64,000 bases of DNA, from positions 18,352,001 through 18,416,000 of the forward strand of contig NC_091474.1 in the NCBI RefSeq assembly GCF_036971445.1, in the 5' to 3' direction. This DNA comes from Narcine bancroftii. Lineage: Eukaryota. The position numbers were made by a program, and so were the translations under genes. How positions within the stretch are numbered: position 1 is the first letter of the stretch; each line of letters begins with the position of its first letter. Shown here piece by piece: positions 39,030 through 52,091 of the stretch. A model generated the notes under the pieces. It made no database searches, was not told the origin of the DNA, and saw nothing but the letters and a program-made list of their open reading frames with translations.

Positions 39030-39890
39030 AAACCCCTAGTATCCAAGACTCTCATCTGGCATCTACCAGTCCCCATAAGCTTTCTTAAAGTTTTCTGGTT
39101 GCTTGAAACTCACTCTTACAATGCCTAACTAATACACTTGCATTTAGAATAAATAGTTTAAAAGACCAAAAGACTATACTGAACAAACTTCACTTGCATG
39201 AATATATTTAAAAAAAAAGTATTTTACTTTATTTTCATTCATACTCTTTGAAAACATTAAACCATCGCTGCATCTGCAGGTTTCTTCCCCTTCATGGAGC
39301 TGCCCAAAAGATGAGCGTCCTGTGTGCTACCTTCCCTCTGACATGGAACCTGTTGAAATGGGACCTAATGTGCGTTTTAACCCAAGCAGAGATGAGCTTT
39401 CCTGTTGAATAGCGCGTTGCAAGATCTCAGTGAAATGTTAAACAGTGACGCTATTTTTTTTAACATTAACTTAGAGACATTGGAGATGATTAAACCTACA
39501 GATAATAAACACATCCTCCTCCAAGTTTACAGATAAAGCTTTACTAATATATGCAATAATATATTCTTACTCAGCAGGGATAAGGAGACACTTTAATAGA
39601 GTCACCCCAATAGCAGGCAGCATCAACCAGCTCTTCATCCTGGGCGGCATCATTTTATTCAAAAACAACTTTATTCAAACACCTACTATGAGCAAAGTAT
39701 GATCAAGGCACTCTCTGCTGGCTGAATATTTGCTGCCAACTTCGCCAAAAAGTTATGTGTTACTCCAGAAAACATTTGTTTTAAAATTTCATACTTTTAT
39801 TAAATTTTCATTTATTCTTCTTTATTTTAATTAAAAAAAATTATTTATTTCCCTTGACTTTTTTGCCGGTAGCTTGAATTCTGAATCTAC
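39030..39890. mobile_element. Tigger/pogo-like element, second long copy
   Basis: Colinear with 29101-29870 (CTGAACAAACTTCA, GTTTACAGATAAAGC, CATCAACCAGCTCTTCATCCTGG) with an extra internal segment at about 39318-39490. Confidence 0.8.
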
Positions 39891-40944
39891 TTTATCTTAA
39901 TGGTTTCTTTTATTCCAAGTCCCTTTCCCAAAATATCTCAGTCCAATCCAAAATCTAACTTTGCCTGAGGAATTGTACAGTGGAATTTTCCGCCATGAAT
40001 ATCATTAAATGGTCTCTGCAACTTGAACAAAACAGCAAATGATGACAATGTGAACTTGAAATCATTACAGCCCATGGAAAGAAATGCTCTATTCCCTTGT
40101 GGATGAGACATATTGACTGTAATCAAATAGCTTGTGTGTGCTTTGCTTCACAAAATCAGCTTAACATCGACTTCCTTGGAAAAGTATTTCCATTTCCTGC
40201 AGCTGAAATGCTTTGGTAGGCAGAACGTGTTTCTTTTTGCATTTATACCATTCCTGAAACTTTATATGAAATCTTTTTTAAAATTTTAAATTATTATCCA
40301 AGAAGGGTGGGGAAAGTGGCAAAAATATTATTTCACCTAGTTGTATGTTCTGCGATTTTAAAATGCTCTTAGTCTGACCCAGAATAATTACATTTTCAGT
40401 TTCCATTGTCTTGTTTGATTTTACCAGTAATTGATAAATGGCTCATTTGTTCTGCGGTTACATATTGACAATGAGTATTAAATTAGGACCCCCCTTTGTT
40501 TTTAATTTTCTTGCATTAGGATACATTAAGTCAGATTTGTTGCCTCAGATGAGCCAACAGGGGCCTTTAGGCTACACCTGCTGTGCAATAACATAAATGA
40601 GTACATGATGACAACCAGGAGCCTAGTATTTTTTTAAAACTTTGTACCAGGAATTTAGCATTACAGCAATTTCTTCAGGTATTCACCCTGACAACCACCT
40701 CCAGTGAATATTTTCAACAGTTGGAAGGCCTGTAATAAAAACAATGAACCAATTTGCAAACTGCATTCAGAATACAGATCGGAAAGCTCCAGATGATGAT
40801 AAAAACAACAAGGGTAAAATGACAATTTGGTGCCTGGTTCTCATTGGACATGTTTGTGATAGATAATCAATTATGCAAATCACATTGGTGCAAATCTAAT
40901 TTGACTCAGATTGAAGCAATCCTTTAGGCTTCCATAAACATCTA

Positions 40945-41330
40945 TCTCAATGTGGCAGCTGTCCATGTACAATCCTGATTGCTAGAGCTGATTGTGCAGT
41001 GGGGTGTACATTTTCCCTCTGAGTGTGTGGGTTTTCTCCAGGTGTTCCAGTCTCCTCTTGCATTCTGGGACTGTGCAGGTTGGTGAGTTGGTTGGCCACA
41101 GGCCAATGGTGGAGGGGCAGAGACTGGGAATGAGAATATGGGGAGAATTTCAAAACAAAAGATAGAATTAGCATGAATTTAATTTAGACATACAGCATGG
41201 TAACAGGCCCTTTTGGCCCTTGAGCTCTTGCTGCCCAATTTGCACCCAATTGACCTACACCCTGGGTAAATAGACAGTGTAAACTTTATAGACCAAGGAG
41301 CCTGTTTCTGTGAACTGTCTCTCTATGACC
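40945..41330 (+). mobile_element. V-SINE-type SINE with an antisense SINE tail nested at about 41176-41270
   Basis: GTGTGTGGGTTTTCTCCAGGTGTTCCAGTCTCCTC core; nested AATTTAGACATACAGCATGGTAACAGGCCC. Confidence 0.55.
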
Positions 41331-41943
41331 ATGTTTTCTCTGTCCCTTTAATTAATGTAAACATGTTTCAAGTTTGGTTTTCTGTATCCAGTTCTTCAGC
41401 CACTCCTTGATATCAAGTGGGGTGAAGCAAAATGGATTGAGACTGGCACTTTACAGAGTGTGCATCTTAGGAAGAAGCTGAGGTGGGTTATCTATTGGTT
41501 CATTTGGTTTCATAATCTTGCATTTTGCACTTTGAGCATTTCTTCATGGATCTTCTGGTGAGCTTCCCATTAAAGTAAAATTCAGTTTACATGAGACTTC
41601 CTTTCCATCATTTCATTCCTGGATTCTGATCTTCATCATGTACCAAATCTTGAAAAGAAATCATAAGGAGCCTAGTCCTGGATTGCTCTGCCTTTGTTCC
41701 AATAACCTTGTGGAAATTATCAGCAAAATATATTAGCCACGTAACATGTAGCTAGGCAATTTTTACCGCATATTAGCAAGCCTAAAGATTTTTTTTAAAC
41801 CCTGCATAATTTCTACCACAGCTGGTCTCAGCCATGGTTACAAACTCGTATCATTGGGCATGGATAGGAACTATGTCATACAAACATATTATACTGAAAT
41901 ATATGTTACTACTCTGTTTTTAGCCGATAAAAGAATGAAACCT

Positions 41944-42236
41944 TGTGGTGTGCTGTTAGCCAGAATTAGACACACACAAAGATAAGGACTGTACAACAGG
42001 CTTTAATCCACAAAGACTTCTACAGAGCCAGGCTGGCTGTGGCTGCAGCAACTCTGAGTGAGGCCTCGGAAGGCTGGTGCAGGCTTATATGCCGGAGGGT
42101 GATTGACACCCGACCGGGTGGGGCTTGATCCATTTAGGCCGACTGATTGACAGCCGGCCTGGTGTTGTCCTGTCCCCTTGCACTCCTGCAGGTACAGAGG
42201 TTGCCCCCTGGAGAAGGCCAGTGGTGTACCACCATA
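41944..42236 (-). mobile_element. Solo LTR, second family
   Basis: TGTGGTG...CACCA(T)A termini; TSD AACCT/AACTT (1 mismatch); TATA-like CATATAAG and ATTAAA on the minus strand. Confidence 0.75.
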
Positions 42237-42702
42237 AACTTGTTTGCCCGCACATCAAGATTTACAAGTTGAATTAGTTTATCTTTACATAACTTTACTG
42301 ATCCTGGAGAATTAACAAAGTTATTAATTTCCTGGAACATTGAAGTTATCATTCCGTGACTCTTTTCTGCCCTATTCTTTGTCAACTTTTCCTAAGCAAC
42401 TGTAGACTCCCTTTAGGCTTTTAATCAGCCTAAATCTTCCTCACAATTTTCTTGCATTGACATCAGCTGGCGTATGTGAACCTTTCTGAATATCCTTTCT
42501 ACTCTGATGAGATAATTTGTTGAGTTGTATGTTGTTGGTTCTCAATCCCTATGATATCCCAATTTCTCACCTCCTGCCCATCAGGTGGTGTCAGCCTACG
42601 AGCCCTGTAGTGTTAACTGTGGAAGTGGTGTTGCAGTATACGATGAAGAACTTATTAAAAGGACTTTTTCAGAGATTGTTATCCTTTTTCCTTTCACAAA
42701 GT

Positions 42703-43185
42703 TATATATTCTGGCATATAAGACAACTCACATATAAGATGAGCCTCTAAATTTCCACCTAAAATGAAGGTTTTGAGCTATACTCAGTGCATAAGACTAC
42801 CTCAAGTCTGGCACTTACCGCTGACCAGTGGAGTGATGCTGCTAGGCACATTTAATATATTAATTCACAATATTTTAAAAGCAAATTACCTAGTAAAGGT
42901 TTCAATTTTATGAGCATATTTTAAAATAAACCACCGTCTGCTTCTTTAACAGGCCGTTTAAAGCTTGTTAAAGGCAGTCGGTCTGGGTGGATGGCTGTCG
43001 GATTGGGTGGATGGAGTGCTGACTGAGGACTTCACTGTTAAGGTTCATATTTTATACTAGGCTTGGGGGAGTGCTGAGACTTTGCTGTTAAGGTTTGGAT
43101 TTTATACTTGGTGTTTAAGATGACCCCTGGTTTTGGGGTGACATTTTTAACATTCAAGGGCTATCTTGTACTCTGGCATATAAGG
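42703..43185. mobile_element. Degenerate Tc1/mariner-type MITE
   Basis: Left TATATTCTGGCATATAAGAC, a weakly matching inverted right end, and subterminal TAAGATGA repeats. Confidence 0.4.
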
Positions 43186-43319
43186 AGGAGGTTGGATGGA
43201 TGCAAGGGGGTTGGAGGGTTATGGGCAGGGAGCAGGTAGATGGTACTAATGGAGTTCACTTAAATCAGTGCGGACTAGAAGGGCCGATGTGGCCTGTTTC
43301 TTTACTGTAATTGTTATAT
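43186..43319 (+). mobile_element. CR1 3' tip (target of the RTE insertion)
   Basis: GCGGACTAGAAGGGCCG..GGCCTGTTTC..CTGTAATTGTTATAT; the tail continues at 44300-44315. Confidence 0.75.
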
Positions 43320-44288
43320 TCTTCTTCTTTGGCTTGGCTTCGCGGATGAAGATTTATGGAGGAGTATGTCCAGGACTGCTGCAGGCTCGTTGGTGACTGA
43401 CAAGTCCGATGCGGGACAGGCAGGCATGGTTGCAGCGATTGCAAGGGAAAATTGGTTGGTTGGGGTTGGGTGTTGGGTTTTTCCTCCTTTGTCTTTTGTC
43501 AGTGAGGTGGGCTCTGCGGTCTTCTTCAAAGGAGGTTGCTGCCCGCCGAACTGTGAGGTGCCAAGATGCATGGTTGGAGGCAATATCAGCCCACTGGCGG
43601 TTGTCAATGTGGCAGGGACCAAGAGATTTCTTTAAGCAGTCCTTGTACCTCTTCTTTGGTGCACCTCTGTCTCGGTGGCCAGTGGAGAGCTCGCCATAGA
43701 ACACGATCTTGGAAAGGCGATGGTCCTCCATTCTGGAGACGTGACCCACCCAGCGCAGTTGGGTCTTCAGCAGCATGGATTCGATGCTTGTGGACTCTGT
43801 CAGCTCGAGTACTTCGATGTTGGTGATGAAGTCATTCCAATGAATGTTGAGGATGGAGCGGAGACAACGCTGGTGGAAGCGTTCTAGGAGGGGTTTTTAT
43901 GAGACACTAAAGGCTGTGTACGGCCCCTCACCCCAACTCCCCAGCTCAGATGGCGAAGTCCTCCTCAGCGACAAGATCTCCATCCGCAATCGATGGTCAG
44001 AATCCCTTTTCAGTGCCAACCGCTCAGTCCAAGAATCCACCCTGCTCCAGCTCCCTCAACAGCCCTTAAGGCTAGAGCTGGATGAGGTCCTCACCCGGGA
44101 AGAGACATATAAGGCAACTGAACAACTGAAAAGTGGCAAAGTAGCAGGTATGGATGGAATTCCCTCAGAGGTCTGGAAGGCTGGCGGCAAAGCTCTGCAT
44201 ACCAAACTGCATGAGTTTTTCATGCTCTGCTGGGACCAAGGAAAGCTGCCTCAGGACCTTCGTGATGCCATCATCATCACCCTGTACA
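43320..44288 (-). mobile_element. RTE copy with 5' inversion and internal deletion
   Basis: 43320-43890 is the RTE 3' end on the minus strand; 43890-44288 is an upstream ORF segment (GFYE...ITLYK) on the plus strand; TSD AATTGTTATAT at 43309-43319 and 44289-44299. Confidence 0.92.
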
Positions 44289-44424
44289 AATTGTTATATA
44301 GTTATAAGGTATATCATTTTACGTAGTGTCAACATAATTGTGAGATGCTGTCTATAGTGGATCTCATAATGTAAGGAGTACCGGGTGACACTAATGTGAT
44401 ATTTTACGGCAGGCAGAAGGCAAT

Positions 44425-45425
44425 TTTCATATTTCATATTTCCAATTTATTGTCAGATACATGACATCACATACAAGCTTGAGATTCTTTTTCCTGCAGG
44501 CCAGGCAGAATTACCTGGTATTGGTAGTGCAAGAAAAAAACTATACACTATGCACACATAATCAAATGTAAGCAACTGACTACAATACAGAGAGGAGAAA
44601 AAAACCCAGGAAATAAATTGCAAAAGAAAGAGGCCTTAAATGATTCCCTGATTGAGTTTGTTGTTGAGGAGTCAGATGGTGGAGGGGGAGGCGGCTGTTC
44701 CTGAACCTGGTGGTGTGAGTCTTGTGGCACCTCTACCTCTTTCCTGATGGCAGCAGTGGGAACAGAGTGTGTGCTGGATCCTTGACAATTGCTGCTGCTC
44801 TCTTACAGCAGGGTTCCCGGTAGATGTTGTTGATGGTGGGGAGGATTTTGCCTGTGATCTCCTAGGCGGTGTCCACTACCTTTTGCAGGGCTTTATGCTC
44901 GGGGGTATTGATGTCCCCATACCTGACTGTGATGCCATCAGTCAGTACACTTTCCATCATACACCTGTAGAAATTTGCCAGGGTTTCTGATGTTATACCA
45001 AACTTTTGCAAGCTTCTGAGGAAGCAAAGTTGCTGATGTGCTTTCTTCATGATGTAATTTGTATGTTGGGTCCAGGAAAGTCCTCCAAGATGACTCCCAG
45101 TAACTTAAATTTGCTCAACCTCTCTGGCTCTGATCCCCAATGATCACTGGATTGTATACCTCTGGGTTTCCCTTCTGGAAGTTAACAATCAGCTCCTTAG
45201 TTTTGATGACATTGAGTGTGAGGTGCACCATTTGGCCAAGTTTCCAATCTTCCTCCTGTATGCTAATTCATCACCTCTTTTTATACAACCTATTAGCTTA
45301 GTATTGTCAGTGAATTTGTAGATGGACCTATTGTTGTACTGAGCCACACATTCCCATAGGTGTAAGGCGTGTAGGGCAGGGGGCTAGGAATGCAGCCCTG
45401 AGATGCCGTGGAACTGATGGAGATT
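44425..45425 (-). mobile_element. Rex1 LINE fragment
   Basis: KKAHQQLCFLRSLQKFG..LANFYRC..ESVLT; it splits a short 3'-UTR-like repeat (44370-44425 / 45440-45496) also seen at 21712-21818. Confidence 0.85.
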
Positions 45426-45621
45426 TACAATTAGAATTTGATGTAATGTTACATGTTCTATGCTATGACATGATAATAAAAGAATATTGAATCTTGGTCA
45501 CATTTAGAAAAGACCTAGGTTTGATGATAGTTTTAGCCTCTCTATCCTTGACAATGGCCTCCAACATCTTATTGACCAGTTGGGGATTGTTTTCTTTCAT
45601 TTTCAGGCCTTAATAAAGCAA

Positions 45622-45800
45622 CTTTCTTTCATCCATGTGTCTGTCTAAGAGTCTCTTAAATGCCCCTAATGTTTCAGCCTCCACCACCACCCCTGGTAAG
45701 GTATTCCAGGCACCCACAACTCTGTGTAATAAATAAATAAATAGAATTAAAACTGACCCCTGATGTCTCCCCAAAACTTTCCTCCCTCCACCTTGTACAA
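45622..45800 (-). mobile_element. CR1 fragment
   Basis: RVVGAWNTLPGVVVEAETLGAFKRLLDRHMD. Confidence 0.8.
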
Positions 45801-47493
45801 AAGTGCATATTCTTCTGAACCTCTTTTTCATGGAGGCAGAAATGATGAGTTCGCCCATGAGGCAGGTTGGTATTTGAACAGCACTGCTTTTGGGAATTGA
45901 TGTTGGATCGTGTTGGCTTTCTTTATTAAAATTCAATTGTGCATAAGTGCGTGACAAGTTCAAACTGGTACAAATCTTGGCCTGATCAATTTAGCAGACA
46001 AATCCTGCATTGTGGGCAGCTGGAATTGTTCATCATCCACAGCTTGATTCGGGGTTACCTTACAGTCCCAAAAAGCCAGATAGTCTTACCTGCTTCAGGC
46101 AGTGCAACAATGAATATAACCAAACCACTCTATGCAGTTTTTAACAAACACACCAGTGTTCGTTTGTTTAACTCCTCCTCTTCTTCATCTTCTAGTGTGT
46201 ATTATATACTGATCTAGGCTTGCAGTAAATTGGCTTAATGTGCATGCGGGCTTTGAGTTTCTTGATGCTTTTATATGAATCTTTGAACATATCTGAATAT
46301 TGCTCTGGAAGCTTATTCAAATGTTTTGCTCAAATACAATGTATTCTTCTTTCCTGCTTTAATTCTCTGAGCTAACATTTTGCAAATAGTGTTCTGTTTG
46401 TATTGTCAACTACTACTGTATGTTTGGCATCTTCATACTTTACCCTCACTCTATCTGACCAAGGGTTTTCACAGAAGCCCCCACCTCTCTGCTGAAAAAT
46501 TGGAAGTCAACAAATAGGCTGATGTTTCTCTTAATAACTGATCATTAAGATTTACTTTCATTTTAAAAGTGCTGTCTTGTCTGCATTGGTATCGATGGCC
46601 TTGATGATCTCCAAGTTTCACACTGCTTACCGGCTCCATGGTAACAGGCCCTTTTGCCCAACTCCTCCATGCCGACCAAGTTGCCAATCTGAGTTAGACC
46701 TGTTTGTTTCCACTCAGCCCATATCCCTCTGTTAAATTCTATCATCATCTGTTTTCTGTGGCTTTCTGTTGTCCTGACATTTTGAACCTACACGGCTATA
46801 ATTTTCTGGCTCACAATACCAGGCCTGTAATGTACACTAAGACTCGATGACGTTCATGTTTGCAGTTGAAGCATTTCAATGCTCTTAAAATGCCAGATAT
46901 CATTTCACCTGTGGCAACATTTCCTGCCAGTCTCACTCAATTGAGTCTGGCTATGCACAAAGAATCTGATGGTTATGGAGAGGGCTATTTTCATCACCAC
47001 CCAAGAGAACTTGATGTTGGTTTGAGAGTTCTGGTGATGAGGCATGCTTCCAAGTGACTGAGTCTTTCTCCCACGGAGACTTAAGGACATTTTGTGTAAG
47101 CTATTATCAGGTCAATGGTATCAATGAGGGATAACAGGAGTGGCATAACCTAATGAAATGCAGGAATGAGCCCTGACCAATCCTTCACAATAGCAAGGGC
47201 AGGCACAACCACACACTTCCAAAGAACTAGAGTCCTCTGTTTCTTTCTATTTTAGACACATGGTAGCAATCTGACAATATTACATTAATGTTCTACTCAT
47301 TAAAGTTAATGCTCAGAATCCATCACTGGTTTCTTGCCAAGTGTTTTGGTGATTGTCCAAGCCTCTGAATTGTAAAGCACTATGAGGAAGATGTACCCAA
47401 TATTAGAGGCAAATCCTTTGTTGCTAGTGTGATGTTAGAGTGCCAGTCATTCTGTTTCACACCTATGGGCTTCATTGCCATTTCATCCTTGTA

Positions 47494-47801
47494 CTTTAAA
47501 ACACCTGTTATTCAGAATTCAACCAACCAGCAAAGCAAAAATGCAGAAAATAAATAAAGCTGGAAAAAAATAAAGTAAAAACAACTTTTAATGGAACTTC
47601 CCAAATGAACAAAGTCCTACCCGAGGAAAGGTGTTCTTAACTGAATTATGCCATGCTTCCTTTAGTCCTAAGTGAAGTCAACTGTAATAGCAAAACATAA
47701 ATTATGCCAATCACGCAATATGCAATCTCAAGCAACCAGAAAATGTGCTTATGCAGCATCTACCAATCCCCATAGGAGCTGGATTCTGGGGATTTTTACT
47801 A
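47494..47801. mobile_element. Tigger/pogo-like MITE with a foreign internal segment
   Basis: Ends homologous to 21014-21218; core 47582-47703 is an inverted match to 49285-49407. Confidence 0.75.
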
Positions 47802-47944
47802 TATCTGAAAATGTACATGGATAAAAAGCTATAATGGCTAGTGATGCCAAGTGTGTAGTTGTGTGGCTCAATGCCTTGTCAGAACGTCAGAAATTCTAAT
47901 TTGGTAGCCAGTCCATGCACAGCAGACTACCATAAACTCAATGT

Positions 47945-48838
47945 AACAATGAGACCACACTTAGAATAATGTGTTCAGTTCTGGTCACCTCATTATAGAA
48001 AGAATATGAAGAGGGTACAGAGGAGGTTTACCTGGATGTTGCCTGGATTGGAAAATAAGTCTTGTGAGGCAAGACTTAGGCTTTTCTGTTTGGAGTGCAG
48101 AAGCATGATGGGTAATAATGGAGGTCTACAATATTCTAACAGGTAGAGATATAATAGACAGCCAGCACCTGTTTCCCAAGGTGGGGAGGGGTGGGTAGCA
48201 AACACCAGAGGGGATTTGTACAAGGTGGAGGGAGGAAAGTTTAGGGCAGACATCAGGGGTCAGTTTTTATTTTTTTTACACAGAGTTGTGGGTGCCTGGA
48301 ATACCTTACCAGGGGTGGTGGTGGAGGCTGAAACATTAGCTCTCCACTGGCCACCGTGACAGAGGTGCACCAAAGAAGAGGTACAAGGACTGCCTAAAGA
48401 AATCTCTTGGTGCCTGCCACATTGACCACCGCCAGTGGGCTGATAACGCCTCAAACCGTGCATCTTGGCGCCTCACAGTTTGGCGGGCAGCAACCTCCTT
48501 TGAAGAAGACTGCAGAGCCCACCTCACTGACAAAAGGCAAAGGAGGAAAAACCCAACACCCAACCAACCAATTTTCCGCTGCAACCGTGTCTGCCTGTCC
48601 CGCATCGGACTTGTCAGCCACCAACGAGCCTGCAGCTGACGTGGACTTTTTACCCCCTCCATAAATCTTCGTCCGCGAAGCCAAGCCAAAGACAAAGAGA
48701 CAGACACATGGATGAAAGAAAAATAGAGGGTTACGAGGTAGGAAGGGTTTTGTTTTCCTTTTATTTTGGTAGGAATATCTAGGTCAGCATATTTTCAAGA
48801 GGTGAAGGGACTGTACTGTAGTGTTCTATGTTCTAATG
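47945..48838 (+). mobile_element. CR1 3' fragment interrupted by an RTE
   Basis: GTTCAGTTCTGGTCACC...AGGAGGTTTACCTGGATGTTGCCTGG; (TGTTCTA)n tail at 48822-48836. Confidence 0.8.
48338..48698 (+). mobile_element. RTE 3' fragment
   Basis: Near-identical to the reverse complement of 31604-31972. Confidence 0.92.
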
Positions 48839-50269
48839 GTCAGATATGGGCAAATATCAGTCAGATCATGCAATATAGCTCCCATGCTTTTCTCTTGGAT
48901 CTTACATGGTAACACCTGCAGGACTATCACTAGAGGGTCAGCACAAATACTCTGAGGGGGGACTTTTTTTGTTTAAATCCACAAAATATAGATGATCAAT
49001 GACAGTAAATAATTAAAATATAACAACTTCTTTGGAAGAAATCTTGCTTTAGATAGATAATTTCGTTGAGTTGCTGCAGCAATTAAAACAGGCAGTGTTG
49101 TGACCAGTGATCTGGTAAATTAATAGAAAATGCCCAGATCTTGAACTCGATGCCCTTCAGACTTGGAACAGCTGTAAAAATAAAAGGCGAGACATCCATC
49201 TAGCCTGGGCTGTCAAATTCAAACCGTGGTGGTAGAAGGTGAAAGGTCAGTAAGTCCATTGGTCAGCCGCCAATGTCTTTAATAAATTTATGTTTTGCTA
49301 TTACAGTTGACTTCACTTAGGGTTAAAGGAAGCATGTCTTAATTCAGTTTAAGAACACCTTTCCTCAGGTAGAACTTTATTCATCTGGGAAGTCCCATTA
49401 AAAGCTGCCCTTTTTTTCCCAGTTTTAATTTATGTCCTGTCAATGTTCTCATTGTTTCTTCCTGTTAAGGCATTGACTCTTATGTAGGTTGCATCTCTTC
49501 ATTTACCACATTGTTGTGCCTTATATTTTGGCAAGATACAATGTGGGCCTTGGAAATTAATGCTAGATTAATGGGTCAGGTTGAGATTTGAACTATGGTA
49601 TATGGCAAGGAAAGCCCACAAAGAGCTTGATGAGACGCTGGGGAGTGGTTGCTTGGAATCTTGTGCAAAACCAATTTTCTTTTAATAAATAGAAATTTCA
49701 GCTTTTATTCCCAATAGACCTTTGATTTTCTAGTATAATTTTTCTGCGAACTCAGGCACCATGTAGTTGTTCAAATCCTTTCCTATTTTCTTTATCTTTG
49801 ACAGTGACTCTTTTTTCCCTCTTTCATCTTTTTTTGCTATATACTTATAGAAAATCTTAGTCCAATTTTGTGTTTCTTGCCTGTTAAACCTGATCGCCTG
49901 CCTTCCCTTTCTGTATCAATTTCGGTTCTCCTTTGCTTGGTTCTAAAATACTTCCACTATTCACACCTACTGCTATCATTTATCATTTCTTTAAATATTG
50001 GTTAATGCCTGTCTACTATCTTTCCAAATCAACTAATTGCCCAGATCTTCATAATTTCTTGTATGACAAGGGAGACCAGCATTGGATCAGGCTACATTGC
50101 TTTCAATCTCAATGTCAAGTTCTATCATATTATGATTATTCTTCCCATAAGGTATTCCTAATTTATCCTTTCTATTTGTCCAATAGTAGGTCTAAAATTA
50201 TCTCTTCCCTAATCTGTCAAATTTGTCTCTATTGATGTTTAGGTTTAATTACATTTGCATCTCCTTGTC

Positions 50270-50585
50270 ACATAGAAGGAGGCCATTCAGGTCATCAGGT
50301 CTATGCTGGTTTTCAGACCAATTCAGTCAGTCTCATAAACCTGTTCTCTGTCACATGTTCACCTGATTCTCCTACACCCACCTATGCTAGAATTCATTTA
50401 TGATAGACAATTAACCCATGCATCAGCGCAGGAATGAGGGGAAAAAAATCAGTCCTCATGAGGGAAGCCAGTGCAATCACGGGGAGATCGTGCAAATGCC
50501 ACAAAGTTAACACAAGAAATTGGGATTTAACCAGGGCTGCAGGAGCCATGAGACATCAGCACTACCACAGCACTGAACCACTGCA
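50270..50585 (-). mobile_element. Decayed V-SINE-type SINE
   Basis: ACGGGGAGATCGTGCAAATGCCACA core and CR1-like tail. Confidence 0.5.
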
Positions 50586-50804
50586 GTTTTGTGAAGTTGA
50601 AAGGGGCACTGTAAAGTGATTTGAGTGGTTTTCTTCATCTTTTGTTGAATTTGTCACATGGTAAATATTAGATTCATTGTACTTCTTGGTGGCCAGGGTT
50701 AAATTGAGGCTCTAGGAGAAGTTCTTTGGTCACTGAAAGGAGATGGTGGAGTTGGTTGTTTGCAATGACCTTCCCTGAGACAGTAGGCAGGAAGACCTCT
50801 TTGT

Positions 50805-51012
50805 TGTGGTGAACCACTGTAATGTATAATTATCTGGTCAAACATGCCTATTGGCTGGTTGTACTTGTGGCCCCTCCCCACAGGCTCCTGTATAAAGAGG
50901 ACTGCGGAACTCAGTGCAGAACTGCCAAACAGTAAGGATATGCGATGTTCTCAAGTGAATAAAACCAATGGGTTTCTCCATAATAGTCTCCTGAGTAATT
51001 GATTATGCATCA
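50805..51012 (+). mobile_element. Solo LTR, third family
   Basis: TGTGGTG...GCATCA termini; perfect TSD TTTGT (50800-50804 / 51013-51017); ATTGG, TATAAA (about 50892) and AATAAA (about 50958) in the expected order. Confidence 0.85.
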
Positions 51013-52091
51013 TTTGTTGTTACTGTGTGTCCTTTCTTGATGATGGCCATGACCTCTGTGGTCCCTTGACAGACCCTCAGCTTGAGACACAGGTTCCTGA
51101 ATTCCTACCAGGATTACTCCAACACAAATAACACAATCAATGTGGAGAATGAAACAGACAACACACAAGAAGAACTTTGTTCCTTCTCTAGAATATCTTT
51201 GGATAAAGAAACAAATGCTTATTTTCATACCCCCTACGTACATGGAAACTTCCAACCCTGCTCAAGTCTGTAGATTTTTGAGGGAAATAATAAATAATTT
51301 AGCAACAATTAAATGTGGTGAAGGGGAGGATGCAAGATTACCATGAACATGTGAAATTCAACCAGTAAAATTACTCTCTTCATCCATAATTATCTTCTAA
51401 TCCTGTGATTTGACTGTATCCTTTCATTATCTCAACTTGTCCTGCCTGTACTAACTCAATCCAACTTCTGCCTATAGCTCCATTCCAATCCTCCTCTTGT
51501 TACCAGCTCTGATCTTGTCTAATTCAGGCTGGCAGTTAATGCATGCAAATCATAGGATTACAGAAATTACAGCTCAGCAGGAGGCCACTTGGCCTATCAT
51601 GCCTGTGGTTGTGCTAGCTCTTCAAGCATCCGACAGATCAGTTGGCCTCTATATGCAGAGGGGTGGCATTGAATGTTTCTGCATGCATATCTGGAACCAT
51701 TCAAATTATGGTTGTAAAAAGCATACACACAACAGACTTTGTGGTCACAGACTTTTCTCAAATCTCAAACTAGATCGGATTACAACTGAATTTCAAGCTG
51801 GAAATCTCAGATAATATTTCCCATTTGGAAGTCAAACTTCTGCATTCCAAAAACAAAAAAAAAAGAGATTTTCTTGCAGCTGAACTCTTTTTGCAAATTT
51901 GCCCTGATTAATCAATCCAGGGCAATTGTAGAGGAGCCTTAGCAGATACTGTACATGGCAGTGAGCATGAAATAATCTCACTGTCTGTCAGCACAGATTT
52001 AACCTTAAATGAGAATGAGAAAGGAGAAATAGGAAAAGTTAGCTGATGGAGTAATGCAAGCTCAAGAGAAGCTTTTGGATCATTAGATCGA

